Shown: one piece after another, positions 34,481 to 48,855 of the stretch
Layout of the letters: each line of letters begins with the position of its first letter
Numbering within the stretch: the first letter of the stretch is position 1
Assembly (NCBI GenBank): GCA_000320545.1
Contig: ADNK01000562.1
Location: 24,590-88,589 of the forward strand
DNA from: Bigelowiella natans CCMP2755
Lineage: Eukaryota; Protista; Cercozoa
DNA: 64,000 nucleotides
Reading direction: 5' to 3'
Translations under genes and position numbers: made by a program
The notes under the pieces: model-generated
Seen by the model: the letters and a program-made list of their open reading frames with translations, nothing else
The model's database searches: none
Told to the model about the DNA's origin: nothing

Positions 34481-36420
34481 TCACGTGACAGCTGCACCCC
34501 AATTTGCCAAAACAGAACCATCAAACCCACTCTCCTGCTGCCCATGGAAAGTATCGTCTTGTAGTCCAGCGAATGTGACTTCATAGGAACCGTTTGGATC
34601 GATTTTCATGTAAAGCGTCGTCCCATTTTCAATCTCAAGTTCCGAAAGCGATTTGTGCTCCTCTGTCAGTTCTTTTCGATTATAAAAAAGTTTTTGCTGA
34701 GCGGGGCTGGCATCTGTATATTCCATGATCTTGAGTCGCAGCACAGACAACTTGTCGCTACTCTCCGCCGTGACCTACACATAATATATCATGTACAATG
34801 ATATCAGTGGTTGTTTTCAAGGTTTTCACACAATCTGAACAATCATGTTTAACCATATGTTTATCCTTAGTTATGAGAGCGGCTGTGAAATCACGCGCAT
34901 GTGTTACATCACCGTATAGGAAACAAGACCCTTCGATTTAGCCCGACGTTTTGGTCTCTTTCGTCGTGTGAAAGTAGACGCTATCGTTCCCCTGCCACCA
35001 CCACCACTAGAAGCAGCGCCACCACCGTCGCTGCTACTGCCAACGATGCTCGCATGACAGCCATCATTTTGTATAGGCACAGGAGTTTCCCGATCCAAAA
35101 CGACGATATGGATCTCCCCATCGGAGTAGAATAATCGTGCTTGCTTTTCCAAATCGGCTCGTTCCTAGACGGAAGGCGTGTTGAGAGGAAGTGGGATACA
35201 TATATTACCATGGATCATGAGGGATGTGAGTATGACTATTCTAATTGCTGATGCACACTTGCCTACACCCCACACGCACGCATCAGCACCTTTGTACATT
35301 GCTGGCAGATCTCCGGAACAGTATCTACAGCTGTGCCCGCCCATCTATTGTCACTGGAGGTGAATGTCACTTGCGGTGGGTGCTCGTTGGGGCCTCCTTC
35401 AAAGCCAAACTTCTCCCTCAATATGTCCATTTCATCCAAGTTTACGATCTGCCAAGGCATTCAACATGCAAATTGAATATACTCATTACTCCTCCTTCCG
35501 ACTTCTTCTTCTTCTTCTGTTATCTATCTATGTAATTACCGCCAGTTTTCCTGAGTCTGCACCGCCTGGATCCAATGACTTTGGCACGGGGTTGTACTTT
35601 AGCATCTTATGCTCACACAGCAGCTCGCTCGTGTTGAGGGGTGGAGGCTTTTCGGAGGAGTTTTGGATGTAGTCAACCCACATAGTTGCCCACGAGTGCG
35701 GAATGATGAAGTAGCTGCCGCTGCGCGGAGGGATGATACCAGGGAAACCCTGTCCTCCATTACGCATCAGCTTCGTCAGGCCTCCAAGCTGAGGGAGAGG
35801 AGGAGGTGTGCGGTATCATAGAGAGAGGGGGCGGGATTAGCTGATGATCGTTCCTCATTCTATCAACGTCAACCATTTATAATCGACGAAAATATCACAT
35901 TTACGGCGGGCGGCAGCTGCTCACGACATACCTCTTTTTGCTCCTTCCGACGCTTCTTCCTCCTCTCCTGCGTGATCTTCTTACTGTGAAGCTTTTCGTC
36001 GAGGCAGAGGGGACACTCGGGCGCTCCTTCCTCATACGGAACACCGCGAAACCTCTCACGAAGCGCCTTCCAAGCGCGGCCTGTGATCAGCCTCCGGTCC
36101 TTCTTTCCCACCATCAACCGTCCGTGTGCGCACTGGAGGTCGGCGGTAAGGTCTTCGGGGACTTCAATGGTGAAGCCGTTCTTATCGACCTTTGTACAAT
36201 TTAGTATTGTTATCATTGTTATTATCGCCAGCAGCAGTAGTAGTAGCAGCAGCAGCAGCAGCAGTTGGGGGGTATACGGACAGCAGTTGGGGGGTATACG
36301 GACGACTAAAGAGGAGGGTGCATGCATGCATGCTGTGTACTGTAGCTTGTGTAAGATGCTATACGAGTGTTGCTGGCTGTCCTGACCAATTGATGGACAA
36401 GGAACTACACACACACACAC

Positions 36421-36467
<47 letters not shown>

Positions 36468-36604
36468 ATTGTTGCTAAATACAATCCGTGTAGAATGTTC
36501 GCATCCACGTATACGCGTGTGAAATCGATTAACCAGTCGTCGTCGTCATCGTTGCCAATCTCCAACAACAGTTACTACTACTACTACTATCAATCTATCA
36601 AAAC

Positions 36605-36642
<38 letters not shown>

Positions 36643-37120
36643 CCACCACTTCTACAACTACTTACTACCGCAGCGCCTTTCCTCCTCTTGGCTGCGACGT
36701 ATTCCTTGAACAGTTTTACCCACACACGCGATATCCACATGCCGCCATTGCGCTGCTGCTCTTTAACTGAGCTGCTGTTGCTACCACCATATCTAGCTGA
36801 TGACCCATTCACTTTGCTGCCTCTAGTACTACTACTACCACCACTGCTACTACTGCTCCTGCTGCTTTCATGGGTGGGCGGGATCGTTTTGAGGAGGGCA
36901 AGTAAGCGTGAGTTATCGCTATTCTCCTTCTCCTTCCGACTGGCGGCGTCACGAAACCTCGTCACCTTTGGGTTGTTATTTTGTGTCATCATCACCAAAT
37001 GGATATAGTGACTCACACTTGGAAGAAGTACTATGCTACTACCTAGCTCAAAACAACAAAATAGTACATAACAACGTGAAATCACGATGTCATGTGTCTG
37101 CAATATTAGGCCTTCTCTCT

Positions 37121-37167
<47 letters not shown>

Positions 37168-37941
37168 CCCAGCTTTCAAAATCATTTATAATAAGCCATG
37201 TTGATGGTCTCACTGTAGATCATGTCTCTGTTTTACCATACTCTTTGAGGATAGCTTTCACCACTATCACCCACCACCACCACCACCACCATCATCACCA
37301 TCACCATCACCATCATCATTATCATCCTCAGCATCAACATCATCATTGTTTGCAAGTCGCTATCTTACGCATGTCGTGCAAAGCTCCGAAAGCGGGATGT
37401 AGTGCGGGTCGCGCAGCCAGGCCTTCGCTTGCAGATCCTTGGAAATGATCGTCCACGCATCGTAGCTTAGGCGCTTCATGGTTGCCTTTTTGTGCGGGCA
37501 GAGCTTCCCGTGGGTGCAAAGCAGAGCCTGACAACTCTCTTGCACGCCGTCTCCCGGTTTCAGATTGATAGCGCTGCTATAACGATCCTCAGAAGAGACG
37601 GCAGTGTGTTGCTTCTTCTCCTTCTCCTCCTCTTCCTGCTGGCTCTTTTTCTTCCTGCTGTTCCCAGAAGAATCTACCGCATTTTTTGATGATGTTAAAG
37701 ACGGTATCGCTGGCGACGACGCCGACGATGATAATGATAATGATGCTGATGATTTCCCGTAGTCTCTTCCTGCAACGACAGAGCTTTCGGGTGTCTCGTC
37801 TTTCCCCGCTCTAGCACCCGTGCCGAGGACGGCCTTGATCCCAGTGAAATAGTCTTTGAGCCAGTGACGATTTAGCACGACGTAGCTATTTGCTGATGAC
37901 GCTGCTGCCGACCCTGAGTATAGCAACAGGGAGGAGGGAGG

Positions 37942-37989
<48 letters not shown>

Positions 37990-38688
37990 AATGAGACGAA
38001 GCCAGAAAGAAAGAAATAACGACGTGTGTGTTGTTCGGTAGGTAGGTAGGGAGAGGTAGGCAAGTTGGTAAGATCGGAAGGAGCAAACACCACCTTCCAT
38101 CAAGGAATTGTAGCAACAGCGATAGTAACTCATCATCATTCATAAATCTACTTCAGGTATTGTCACGAACCCTTCGATTCGGAGTTAAAGGCTTTAGCAT
38201 TCTCAGCGATTACACGGTCTACAATATTCTTCCGCTCCTCAATCGAGTCCTCGAGTATCCTAGCCCTTTCCGTATAATCCCCGCACCTTTCACGGCACAC
38301 CTCATCATTTTTTTTTGTCAGGTGACAGGTCAGTGGGTGGGTGGGTGAGTGAGTGGGTGAATGAGCGCAAGATTGGACTGGAAGACACAGAGGAAAGATG
38401 GGTTCTATATATATGATGATAATGATGATGATCATGATCACTAAGCGTAATTCAATAATTATCATGTGTAAGCAGGGGGGCAAACAAGTAATGGTGGTAA
38501 TAATGATGACGATAAGTATGAAGCGAAGGAAAGGGAGAGAGAGAGGGCTCAGTCAACGAGATTTCATGTACTACTTTTGGTCGAATTCTCTGTTGGCAGC
38601 TTCCACGCATTCTAGCAATGCTTTAGGCAAAGAAGGTGTAGTAGCAAGCCCCCCCTCCTGATCTGCTGATCCCAATGCGTTCTTCTTT

Positions 38689-38720
<32 letters not shown>

Positions 38721-39202
38721 GCGACGAGTGCCTCCCCCCTCTCTGCGTCGTGTGTAGACCATCATGTACGCGTTCTTGGATGTGCGGTGAGTGAGGGGGG
38801 GGGAAGATGGGGATTCTGCAACATCGCCGTTGCCGTCGCCATCCTTCTCTTGTTCCTTCTCCTCCTCCTCCTCCACCTCCTCCTCCTCTGTAGTTGGTTT
38901 CTTCCTCTTCCTGCACCTCTTCTTTGAGCTCTTCTTTCCTACCTCTCTCCTGTTATTACTATGACTCGAGGAGCTCGTTGGTATGTCTACTCCTCCCCCC
39001 GTAGGAACGGAAGCAGCAGCAGCCTTCTTCCTAGACCTCCCACGCTTTCTTGTGCCGCTCCTTGATTGTTCGCTGACATTTATCAAACGCATCATCATCA
39101 ATTTTGACCCCCCCATCGACCCCCCCCCGCCTAATACGTATTAAGAAGAGGGGCTCGCAAATACGACTACCGGAACTATAACCTGATATCGGGGATGTAG
39201 TC

Positions 39203-39234
<32 letters not shown>

Positions 39235-39904
39235 GGCGTCTGTTGCTGCTGCTACTAACACCTTCTCTACCTTTCCCATTTATGCTTCCGTAATCTTCTC
39301 CTCCTCCTCCTCCTCCTCCTGCTGCTTCGGCACTCTGCTTTGCTGACCCTCCTGCTGCTGCACTGCCCCCCCCAGCACTTTTCTTCCTTGTTGCTGGCTT
39401 GCATACATCGCGGCCGATGCTCGTGACCTTTTCGTCATCGAAGTGCCACCATTCTCCTGTTGTCTCGTCCTTGGCGTCGATGACGTAGTGGCCAACCTTA
39501 CCAGTGGTTATACGTGCATTCACAAACAATCAACGTGATGATGATGGCACGACGAAAACGATGGTAATGAACATTATGGCGAGGAGGAAGTGGATGATAA
39601 GGATTCAGTGTGCTCTGTCCTTCGCGCATCTCACAAAGTACTGCTGCTTTTTTATGCATATTGGTTTGATGGGAGTGAGGCTTACGTTTGCGCTTGTGCC
39701 GTGATGTAGCAAGATCGCTGCAAGGTCGTAGAGAATCGGTTGTTGTCGTTGCTGCTGCTGCTGCCGCTGCCTGCTGCTCCGCGTTTTGGTCCCTGTTCGT
39801 TCCTCTTGTTGTTCCCATTTTTCTTCTTCTTCTTCAACATAAGGCGACATATCCAAGGTCCTTGGCACGCCGATATTATCGAGGACCTTTCGCTTGCGGA
39901 ACTC

Positions 39905-39951
<47 letters not shown>

Positions 39952-40547
39952 GGCATTGAATCAACAACTAAATCGGAAATCTAAATTACTCGAAATTTCT
40001 TATAAGTGACCCCCCTTTTGTCGATGGTTATGCTTTGATGATGCAAAGATCAAATTATGTTGCTAATTTAAAGAAGTAGACGACAACGACGGACGACAAC
40101 GACGAGGACTAGGTTGCCATCAACTGACATGACATCACACCGACGACGTAGCACACCTGTCGGTCGTAGCAAAAGCGTATGAGTTGAACGTTGAGGACCT
40201 TGGAGAACGGCATCGTACATGGCACGGTGATAGATATGGGAGTTGGAAGCAAACATAAATATCATTGATCAAATCCTTCTGAAAAATGTACGACGACCAA
40301 TGACAGTTACTGCTCACGTCGACACCCCCCCCCCCCCCCCCCCGCTCAGTACATTTTAGAAACATGCACGCACACGACGCACACATACAGGAGGTAGGCT
40401 GACGAGGACGGCTCTCCGATCTGCATCACGCTTTGTTTGGCAGCGGCTACAAAGGTACTGGTTGCAGCCAGTAAGAGCCTCCTTCGCGATCATCGACTCC
40501 AGTGAGTCTTCGAGGGTCTTCATCCCTATATAATTGCACGGGGGAGC

Positions 40548-40591
<44 letters not shown>

Positions 40592-41816
40592 ACATAGGAA
40601 CTGAAACGCGGCTCATACGGAAAAGGAGGTCTCTAGTAGCAAGAATAAAGGAATCTTACGCTCTCTCCTTTTCTAAATTCAAGATTTTCTGAAGGATTCT
40701 GTGTCATCACTGCAACCAAAAGCAGTAATTACTAAGATGTTATTATTATTACCTTTAACTTGGCAGGACAGTTCGTAGAATGTAGAAAGCCTCTTGGACT
40801 CATTCTTGCAGTGGCGGCACTGGGTGGTGTTGGCGATCTTGCCCTGAAACATCCTGGGTATAAATTGCTTCACGGATGGATTCTTCGATTCACGTGTCGT
40901 CGCCTCCATAATGTTGAGAAGTAGTTTGTTGAATTCCTGCGCGTCCTGCTGCTCATGCGGCTGAAATCATAAAGAATACATAGTAGTTGTGGCAACATGT
41001 GAAGTGCTGTCGGTCTCTTGTCCTCAGTGTCAAAATCAAACAAGACACTGACGTCAACCTTGAGTTCAAGACCCATAATTAATGCGCGAGGATTCCAAGA
41101 GACTCGTTTCGACGCCTGCAGATGCGCAAAGATCTCCTGGATGTGCTTCATGTGCTTCAGTCCTTTCTTCGATAAGTCGCTCTCCTTCAAGTCGTACATG
41201 AATTTCCGAAAGCTGGTGTTCATAAACATGCACTGGAGAAGCGAATTAACGTAGCATGTTGCGCCGAGATTTACCAAGCCGGTCGGAGTCTGAACGTGGA
41301 ATGTATGATTTAGGTGCTAGTTTTTGTTGTGTGTCCTTGTGTGTTTTTTTAGCGTCTCTGAGTGTGATTGTATTTTAGTTGTTGAAAAGGTAGAAAAGAC
41401 ACTTACATTCTCCTTACGCGCGAGAAGGCTCGGGTCCTTGCCCAAAACCTTGTTCTTCAGCGTGTTCGTCTGCTTCCATATGCCCTTCATCGTAAATGGA
41501 TATAAGTGTAAATGTGGTGCGATCCGAGGATGTACACAACGCACAATCAAGAGCACGCAAAATGATCAAGGGTGAGATTCTATGATTTTGGCACAGCATT
41601 TTCGATTTAGGATATACAAGTTCTTTCCCAGGGCGCCGTGTGTGAATGTATGAATGACTCAGAGGAAAACTGAGGTGATAGAAGCCATAAAGCATATTGC
41701 ACCTGTTTTCCGTGGCCGAGGTCATCGAGGGAGTTAGGGTTGTTGTCGTTTGGCTTGGACTTCTTGCTTGCTGCGTAGTGAAAGTTGTAAGCCTGGAGCA
41801 TCTCCGAAGCCCTCAT
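34481..41816 (-). CDS. USP48: Ubiquitin-specific protease, USP48/UBP26 type (start codon tentative)
   Basis: Cys box GLVNLGATCYVNSLLQ, QQDAQEF, zinc-finger CRHC..NQYLCSRC, His box LAAILLHHG..GHY..WWHFDDEKV, SKNAYMMVY, several DUSP-like C.HG motifs (CTHGKL, CAHGRL, CEHKML), and a C-terminal ubiquitin-like domain ending ESGFDGSVL. Confidence 0.9.
36259..36302 (+). repeat. 22-bp tandem duplication in a USP48 intron
   Basis: CAGCAGTTGGGGGGTATACGGA occurs twice in tandem. Confidence 0.85.
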
Positions 41817-42304
41817 CCTCCCCCTTGCTTCTGCCTCTGGGCGACGTTGCAATCAATACTGTGCTCTTGCCTCGTCCGCCAAGGCTCACCCAGGCGCGGG
41901 AAACACGGGAGGATCCGAGAGTTTTTTGGAGATATTCGTATATCTCTTGAAGTCTCCAAGATGGAGCACGGTTACGTCTCCGATCTACTCCGCAAGTAAA
42001 CTTGTCTTGTCGCTAGATCTAGTCGCCAGAGACAACAAGAATCTCCACAGAATCTCCGAAAGAACTATTGCCGGTCATTGACGGGGGGAAAGTACTACTT
42101 CCGCAACCTCAGACGGCTCTACGGTACTATACAAAGTCGGTGTACCCCCCCACACAATTTTTCCGACCAACCAGCGTACTCTCTATTCTAACCATGGCAA
42201 TTCCCCACCTAATGTTTCGAGTGAATCATACGCTTATTGTCCCCCTGTTACAAATGTGTAAATTTCCTCTGCGGCTGTCTGCTTTGTTGCTTTAATTACT
42301 GCAG

Positions 42305-44222
42305 ATGATGAGGAACTCTTTTCCGATTGTGGGGCTCTGTGTGCTTATAGTGCTAGCAGCGGGTCTGTTTAGTGTGCAAAAGAGCAGGTACACGGATTTA
42401 AATGTCTACTAACCCTTACTTCATGTTCGATAATTCTATTTTTGGGGGAAATTCTTGCTGGTAAAGACACTAACAAACTGCTGCTTGTGCTCCACTCAGC
42501 CACCTCAGCCTAGCTCCAGCTCGTGTGATGACACCACGATCTGTTCGGCCGTGCATGATGCCCAATAGCCGTATGACAGCGCCCCGTATGGTTCCTTTTG
42601 TTGGACTACAATCGAAATCGGAATCGATCATGCCACAAAGTCCTTTCATTAAGAACCGCGGTAAGATCTTCCGTTCGCGTTCCGAGCTTGAGGCTGCCTC
42701 CTCAACAGAGGCTCCTGCATCTTTCAAGGTAGTAATTTGATGGAACAATCTGCCAATAGCTGCAGTATTAGCAAAACTCATATATACATGGTATTTGTAT
42801 CAATTTTTGATATTCTCAGATTGGCGACCAAGTCCTCTCATTTTTTTCGGAGGATGAGTTGTGGTACAGTGCCGAAGTAAAGGTGATGTTCTTGAATTAA
42901 AAAAAAACGTACCTTTCTCTGGCAAATACTTGTTCAATCGTTGTTGAAACTAGGCACTAACTCTCCCCCTCGTTATTATCTTTCTTTTCGCCATCAGTCA
43001 TTCCTTTTCGAATCAATCTCTTACGTCATCTTTTATCTTCCCCCTTTTCAGGACGTAATTGAGGAAGGAAAAACCTACTTGATGTATTACCTTGATTATG
43101 GAAACGAGGAAGAGCGTGACATATCTCAGATCAAGGAGGATGATGGCTCTGGGCAGCCCGTCGAATGGATCGAGCCTGAGGTACGAATAGTGGTAGTAGG
43201 AAACTACTTTGTTGCTCATAATTCCTTGTTGCACACCTAATTTAATCACTAGATCAACGAGGTTTACGATGGAGTTGTAGTGGGGGTCGTACCTTTCGGC
43301 GTGTTTGTTAACTTTGGCGCGGAGAGGGACGGCATGGTGCATATCTCGCAGGTATCATGGGTTTTCATAGTAGCCTCTTTCCGACAATTTAATTTAAAGG
43401 GGTGCGATAAGATTGTCATTTTATTAGCATTATCTCCAATGGTGCTCAGAGAATTTGACACTTCCATCAACATTACTATCACCACCATCATCATCACAGA
43501 AGGACCAAGGAAATGTCAAAAGACGAGACATCGTCCTCTCCTTCTCATTTTACATATTGTTTATTATTGCTCTATCTCAAAAGATTGCCCCCTGGAGAAT
43601 CGAGGACCCTGCTGACGTTGTCAGCCCAGGCCAAGCTGTACGCGTGCGGTTGTTGGATATTCGCGATGATGGCAAGCTGCAGCTAACGATGAAGGGGCTC
43701 AATCCCGACATAGCGCCACCAGCTGACGCAGGGTTCTCAGGCAAAATGCCAGATGAAGGCGGTAAGGAGAAATCCACCTTTTGCCAATTTAGTAGCTAAG
43801 CTCCTGCTACTAATAGCACTACTATTGCTCCAACTTTCTCCTCCCCCCTCAATACGAATATATTCAAACACGATAACAAAACTCAACTTCAGGCATCTAC
43901 GAGGGGAAGGTTGTCAGCATACGGAACTTTGGCGCTTTTGTCAACTTTGGGTTTGCCCGTGATGGTCTAGTCCATGTATCGCAAATGGCAGATTACCACG
44001 TCTCCGATCCTGAGGATGTTGTCTCCGTTGGCGACAAGGTACAGCGGTGATGATAATTGATGATGACGATGGTGTTGTCGCCTATGGTGCGGGAGATGTA
44101 TGGACTATAACAATCATACCAATCACCATCAGGTGAAGGTTCTGGTGCAAAGTGTGGAGCCTTCTGGTCGCATAGCTCTCACATTTAAAGGGGACGGGTT
44201 AGGTGTTCTTGAAGAGGTTTAA
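42305..44222 (+). CDS. Bipartite-leader protein with one Tudor domain and two S1 RNA-binding domains
   Basis: Signal [22 protein letters not shown] followed by an R/S/P/M-rich transit-like exon. Tudor: [36 protein letters not shown]1 repeats: [29 protein letters not shown] and [30 protein letters not shown] short upstream exon is possible. Confidence 0.88.
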
Positions 44223-45289
44223 AGTGCGAAGTATCTTCCTCGCTGTCACAGCACAAACGACGATGTCTACAACGACAACCGTTACGATTATGTAGAAGCT
44301 AGTAACATACTAACTATAGCAAGAACAACCATTAACATTGAAACTCCTGGAGTATCTTTTTGAGGAGGAGGAGGGCAGAGGGTGGAAAGGGAATTGTTGA
44401 AATCCAGCCAATGCGTGCCACTCAATGGATATGGCATGAAGGAGATCCATGATAGTTTTCCTGTAATTTTCCTCTATTTTTTCATTTTTCCACTTTATTT
44501 TTCATATTTACGTATCTTCTCTCTCGATTGAGATGTGATCGATGTGACGAACACGGTAGATAGACTGTGATTGTACTCCCTATTCGTCTTGATACGCAGC
44601 TGCTATGCTGCGACGACTATGTGTAAATTCCTACATGCCTTCTCGCATGTGTGTATCTCTCCCGATCGAGGCTATTGATTGTCATAATGAATTATTATGA
44701 TTATGATTATGATGGTGATTGTATTTCAATAATAAACAACGACCAAATCTCCGGTTATGATGACATGCCACAGTGCTCCAGCGCTGCGGAAGCGGTGTGC
44801 GTGCAATAAACGTGCCATTAGCTAGTCGCTCATACTACTAACTTAGTATGTATGCTAGTATGGACTATGCGACGAGCTGCAGGCGATCTGGCGATGCTGA
44901 TGCTACGCCCGCAGATATCTAGATATGGATGTATGATATAGCGATGAAGAATCAACATATTTGTATCATGTTCCATAAGCTAGCTGCTGCCTGCCGCTTG
45001 TGTTGCGCATATCTCCATACTATATCGCCAGATCGGTGTGCGTGTACAGCCTGCTCCTGTTGCATCGGCATGCACGTATACATCTCATGCGCATGCATGT
45101 CTAGATGTTACTATAACTACTACTAGCTCTAGATATGATTATTATGATGTTGGGACCTAGCTAGCTAGCATGCTATGGTTCACATACATACAAAGGCGTT
45201 CTGTTCTAGCGTTGTCGCTACCTAGCTACAGCTACCTAATGTGGTCACAGCAGTCGTTGTTGCTGATGACACACATACATTACAGCTGC

Positions 45290-46160
45290 TTAAGATGTAC
45301 TCCTTGTGACCACTACGGCTACTATGTTCGAGAGAGCAAACGCTGCAAGCTCAACAAGCTGCTTTCTATCCTCAAAGGCGTCGAAATCTAGCTTATCTCC
45401 TAATAAAAATTTTAGACGGAGATATAAGCCCCAACGACCTATGAACTGTAGATACATTGGCAACTTATTTGTTGAGAAAATCGAGGTGCCTAGACTCCAC
45501 CACCAAAATATTTTTATTATGAATCCTTGAACCATATACGGCCAGAAAATATATTGCTTTCCAATCATCTTCCAGTGATCCAAACAGCCAATAGTGTGCA
45601 ATGTCCATGCGTGCGCGAAAAGGAGAGCTTGGCTAGTCGAATTTCCTATGTCTACAAGATGCATCAGGACCAACGGAGCGATGTGATGAAGATAGAAGAA
45701 GCTGAAGAAAATCTGTATAATACATGTACGTACATCTGTGATCAGTGTAACAATTATTTGATCCTATGCACATCACGACTTTAAATCGATCAGCTTCGCT
45801 CATCTATGAATATATTTCTAGGGCTTATACTTTGTCGTTAGGGAGGCTCCATGGCTCGACGGCGAAATTGAACAAGAAAGGTACCAATGAAATCGCTGAC
45901 ATGAGTGATTCATGCCCAAAATAAATTAAAGTGAGGAGGATAAGTGGGTGACAGACGAACTGGGCCTTCCACAGCGGGTTCGTCGTGATTCGCTTCCTAA
46001 CCTGCATTTTCCATTTGTTTCTTTCGTTATTTGAGTAATTAAGTATTTCTAATCAAATCAGTCACACCTGAGGATGACTTCGGAGGAGTCGTGCGACAAG
46101 GATGAAGGCGAAGGCTAGAGCAGACGGAAGCAGCCATGCAAGTCTTTTCAGCTCGGCCAT
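45290..46160 (-). CDS. Small multi-pass membrane protein with an LHH motif (possibly TLC-domain-like)
   Basis: MAELKRLAWLLPSALAFAFILVARLLRSHPQ|VRKR..FAVEPWSLPNDK|IFFSFFYLHHIAPLVLMHLV..AHAWTLH..FWPYMVQG..GRWGLYLRL..* joined through GT-AG introns. Confidence 0.6.
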
Positions 46161-46408
46161 TGTGAAGAACTCGTGCAGCGTTTTCAGTGAAAGACAGGCT
46201 CGAATGCCTAGTCGCACGTGTAAAACGTATTACATCTCTCTTTTAGTGGTTTTACGGGTTCCATAAAATCGCGAGGCTATTTGGGGTTAACTGGTGTCGT
46301 TTGATACTCTACGACAACATAATTAAGGTAAATACAAAGATAATCCCACCGCGTTTTCCCTATCTACAGACTCCGACCTCTGACCGAAAAGCACGATCCC
46401 GGACGAGG

Positions 46409-48381
46409 ATGCAAAACCTATGGACGGCGGCGCTGTTCTTGATTGTGTGGATGATGGCAGGGGCCTGGATGGGGATTCATATTGAACGAAATTCTGCAGA
46501 AAGGCGACATTCCTTTTCGCTAGCTTCTGTCTTGCCTAGCACAGCTCGGGCCAAACATCAACATCAAACGATAAGTGGAAGAAATCCTGCGATGATGCTG
46601 CTGCTTAAGGCTTGGAGAGAATCTACAGCACGGTCAAAGAGTCTCCATACGCAAAATATTAATTGTGGACATTCACGTCACCTGGCCGTGCGAAGAAACC
46701 TTAGGTGCTCCCCTCAACTGAACAACCTTCTGCGTCTCGCAAAATATAGATAGATAGAACCTGCATCGAGGCAGAAGAAGAGATAATAAAGTAATAAGAT
46801 GACTTCAACTGTGTGCTGGCTGTAAATTCTCCTAGGTCTTTCGCCATGGATTTTGATGAAGAGCCTTCTGCGCCCATGGTAAGGCGGCTCGAGTTGCGTG
46901 GAGGATGTGTTCGTTCACTCATGACGCCCAAAAACACATAATACCATCACGCACGCATTTTCGTTTCCTAATGTGCGACCCTTCATTAGATGCAGATGTA
47001 GAAGCCGTTAGGCTCAAATCATGCCTGCTACAACATATTTCTCTTACTTTATCAATGAAGGAAGTGGACTGGAGCTCGGAGCTTGCAAATTCTGTAAACC
47101 TGATCGGGAACCTAGGGGCCGACCCACAGGTAGTTGGCATCGCTAGTGGTGGTGATGGTAGTAGCAGTTATTTCTAACTTTGGTGGTAGTAGTGTCATGT
47201 AGTATTATATCACAGAAGAGCGTTGATTACAGTGCGTCTTGATCTGTCATCGCTTACTGCACTGTTCACAATGATTTGTTGATTCAAAGATATCGTATCT
47301 TCCTTCGGGTCGAGTGGTGGCGAAAATGTCTGTCGCAGTGGCCGCCTACGGCAACAAGGTAGCTCGTCAACGTATCTGTTGCTGCACATCTATCGCGACG
47401 ACGTTGCTGTGGCTAGTTTCCTACTACTAAACTACTAATACGAATGGACGTCTGGACACAAACAACCGAAGATTAACATGAGAATGATGGTTTCTGCCCT
47501 GCAGTACGGTCATTCGGTAACTGCCGTGTCAATAACCGGGTTTCTGGACAAAACCCATTCCTATGTTTAGTGCTGTCGTGAAATCATCCCATCTTTCCAC
47601 ACAAAGCTTGCTGTGCCCCTTCCTGTTATTGTTCAATCAGACGAATTGGTTCGAATGTGAGATGTGGAATAATGTGGCCAAATCGGCACAGATCTACCTC
47701 AATAGAGGCTCGAAGGTGATGCGCCTACATAACGTCAGCTAGTGTGTGATATGTTCTGGTCGTAAATTCTGCTTGTTCTTCCCTTTCCTTTTCTTCTTCT
47801 TTTCTTCCCCTTCATCTTCGCTGCAGGTGCATGTAACGGGTCGGTTAGAGAAGGATGTGTGGACTGACAAACTCACAGGAACCTCGCGCTCAAAGATCAA
47901 GGTCAGAGCTTTAGTATTATCATTATCATTATAGTCGACAGCAGTAGTAAGTAGCAGCAGCGCAACATGAGTTTGAGAAACCCATATCATCATCATGATC
48001 TATGTGATCCGCCACCACTACCACCATCACTACTACCACCAACTACCACCATCTATTCATATCTCCTGATTCTCCCTGTTGCTGTGGTATAATGATAATA
48101 ATAATAATAATAATGATAATGATTACATAATAGGTGCTAGTTACGTCGTTCAATACCGTGCGGCCTTATGCTCCAATGGCCCCAGGTATATATCTTCATC
48201 AATCAATTTGATACTTTCAAAGCTGCTTGGAGAGGATGGGGGGGAGAGAGGAGAGAAGACTCAAAATAAGGGAGAGGCTTTTCCTCCTAATACTCTGCAG
48301 CAGCGATATCCATTGACTGCATTGGATGCTATATCATTCTTCTCTGCTGATGTTGTTTCTATCCGCCTCTCCCCCCCCCTT

Positions 48382-48425
<44 letters not shown>

Positions 48426-48492
48426 GTGCGTAGGTGGTGACTACGGAGGAGGAGGGATGATGGGAGGCGAAAGATATGGTATCTAGCATGAG

Positions 48493-48544
<52 letters not shown>

Positions 48545-48562
48545 AATGTGTGTGTATGTGTG

Positions 48563-48601
<39 letters not shown>

Positions 48602-48815
48602 GAACGTCGTCAACGAGAATGACAACGAGAAGGAGGAGGATAAGTGATGGATTCTCATAATTGGCCCATTATTCATTATTCGTTTCTCATCACCTTTACT
48701 ACTCGCTCTTCCTCCTTCTTCTTCTTGTTATTGTTAAAGGCGACTCGCCATTGTCATCAAAAGGCGAACAGGTGGTACTTGTGCTACACGGAGTACGACT
48801 GACACGGCTCTATGC

Positions 48816-48855
<40 letters not shown>

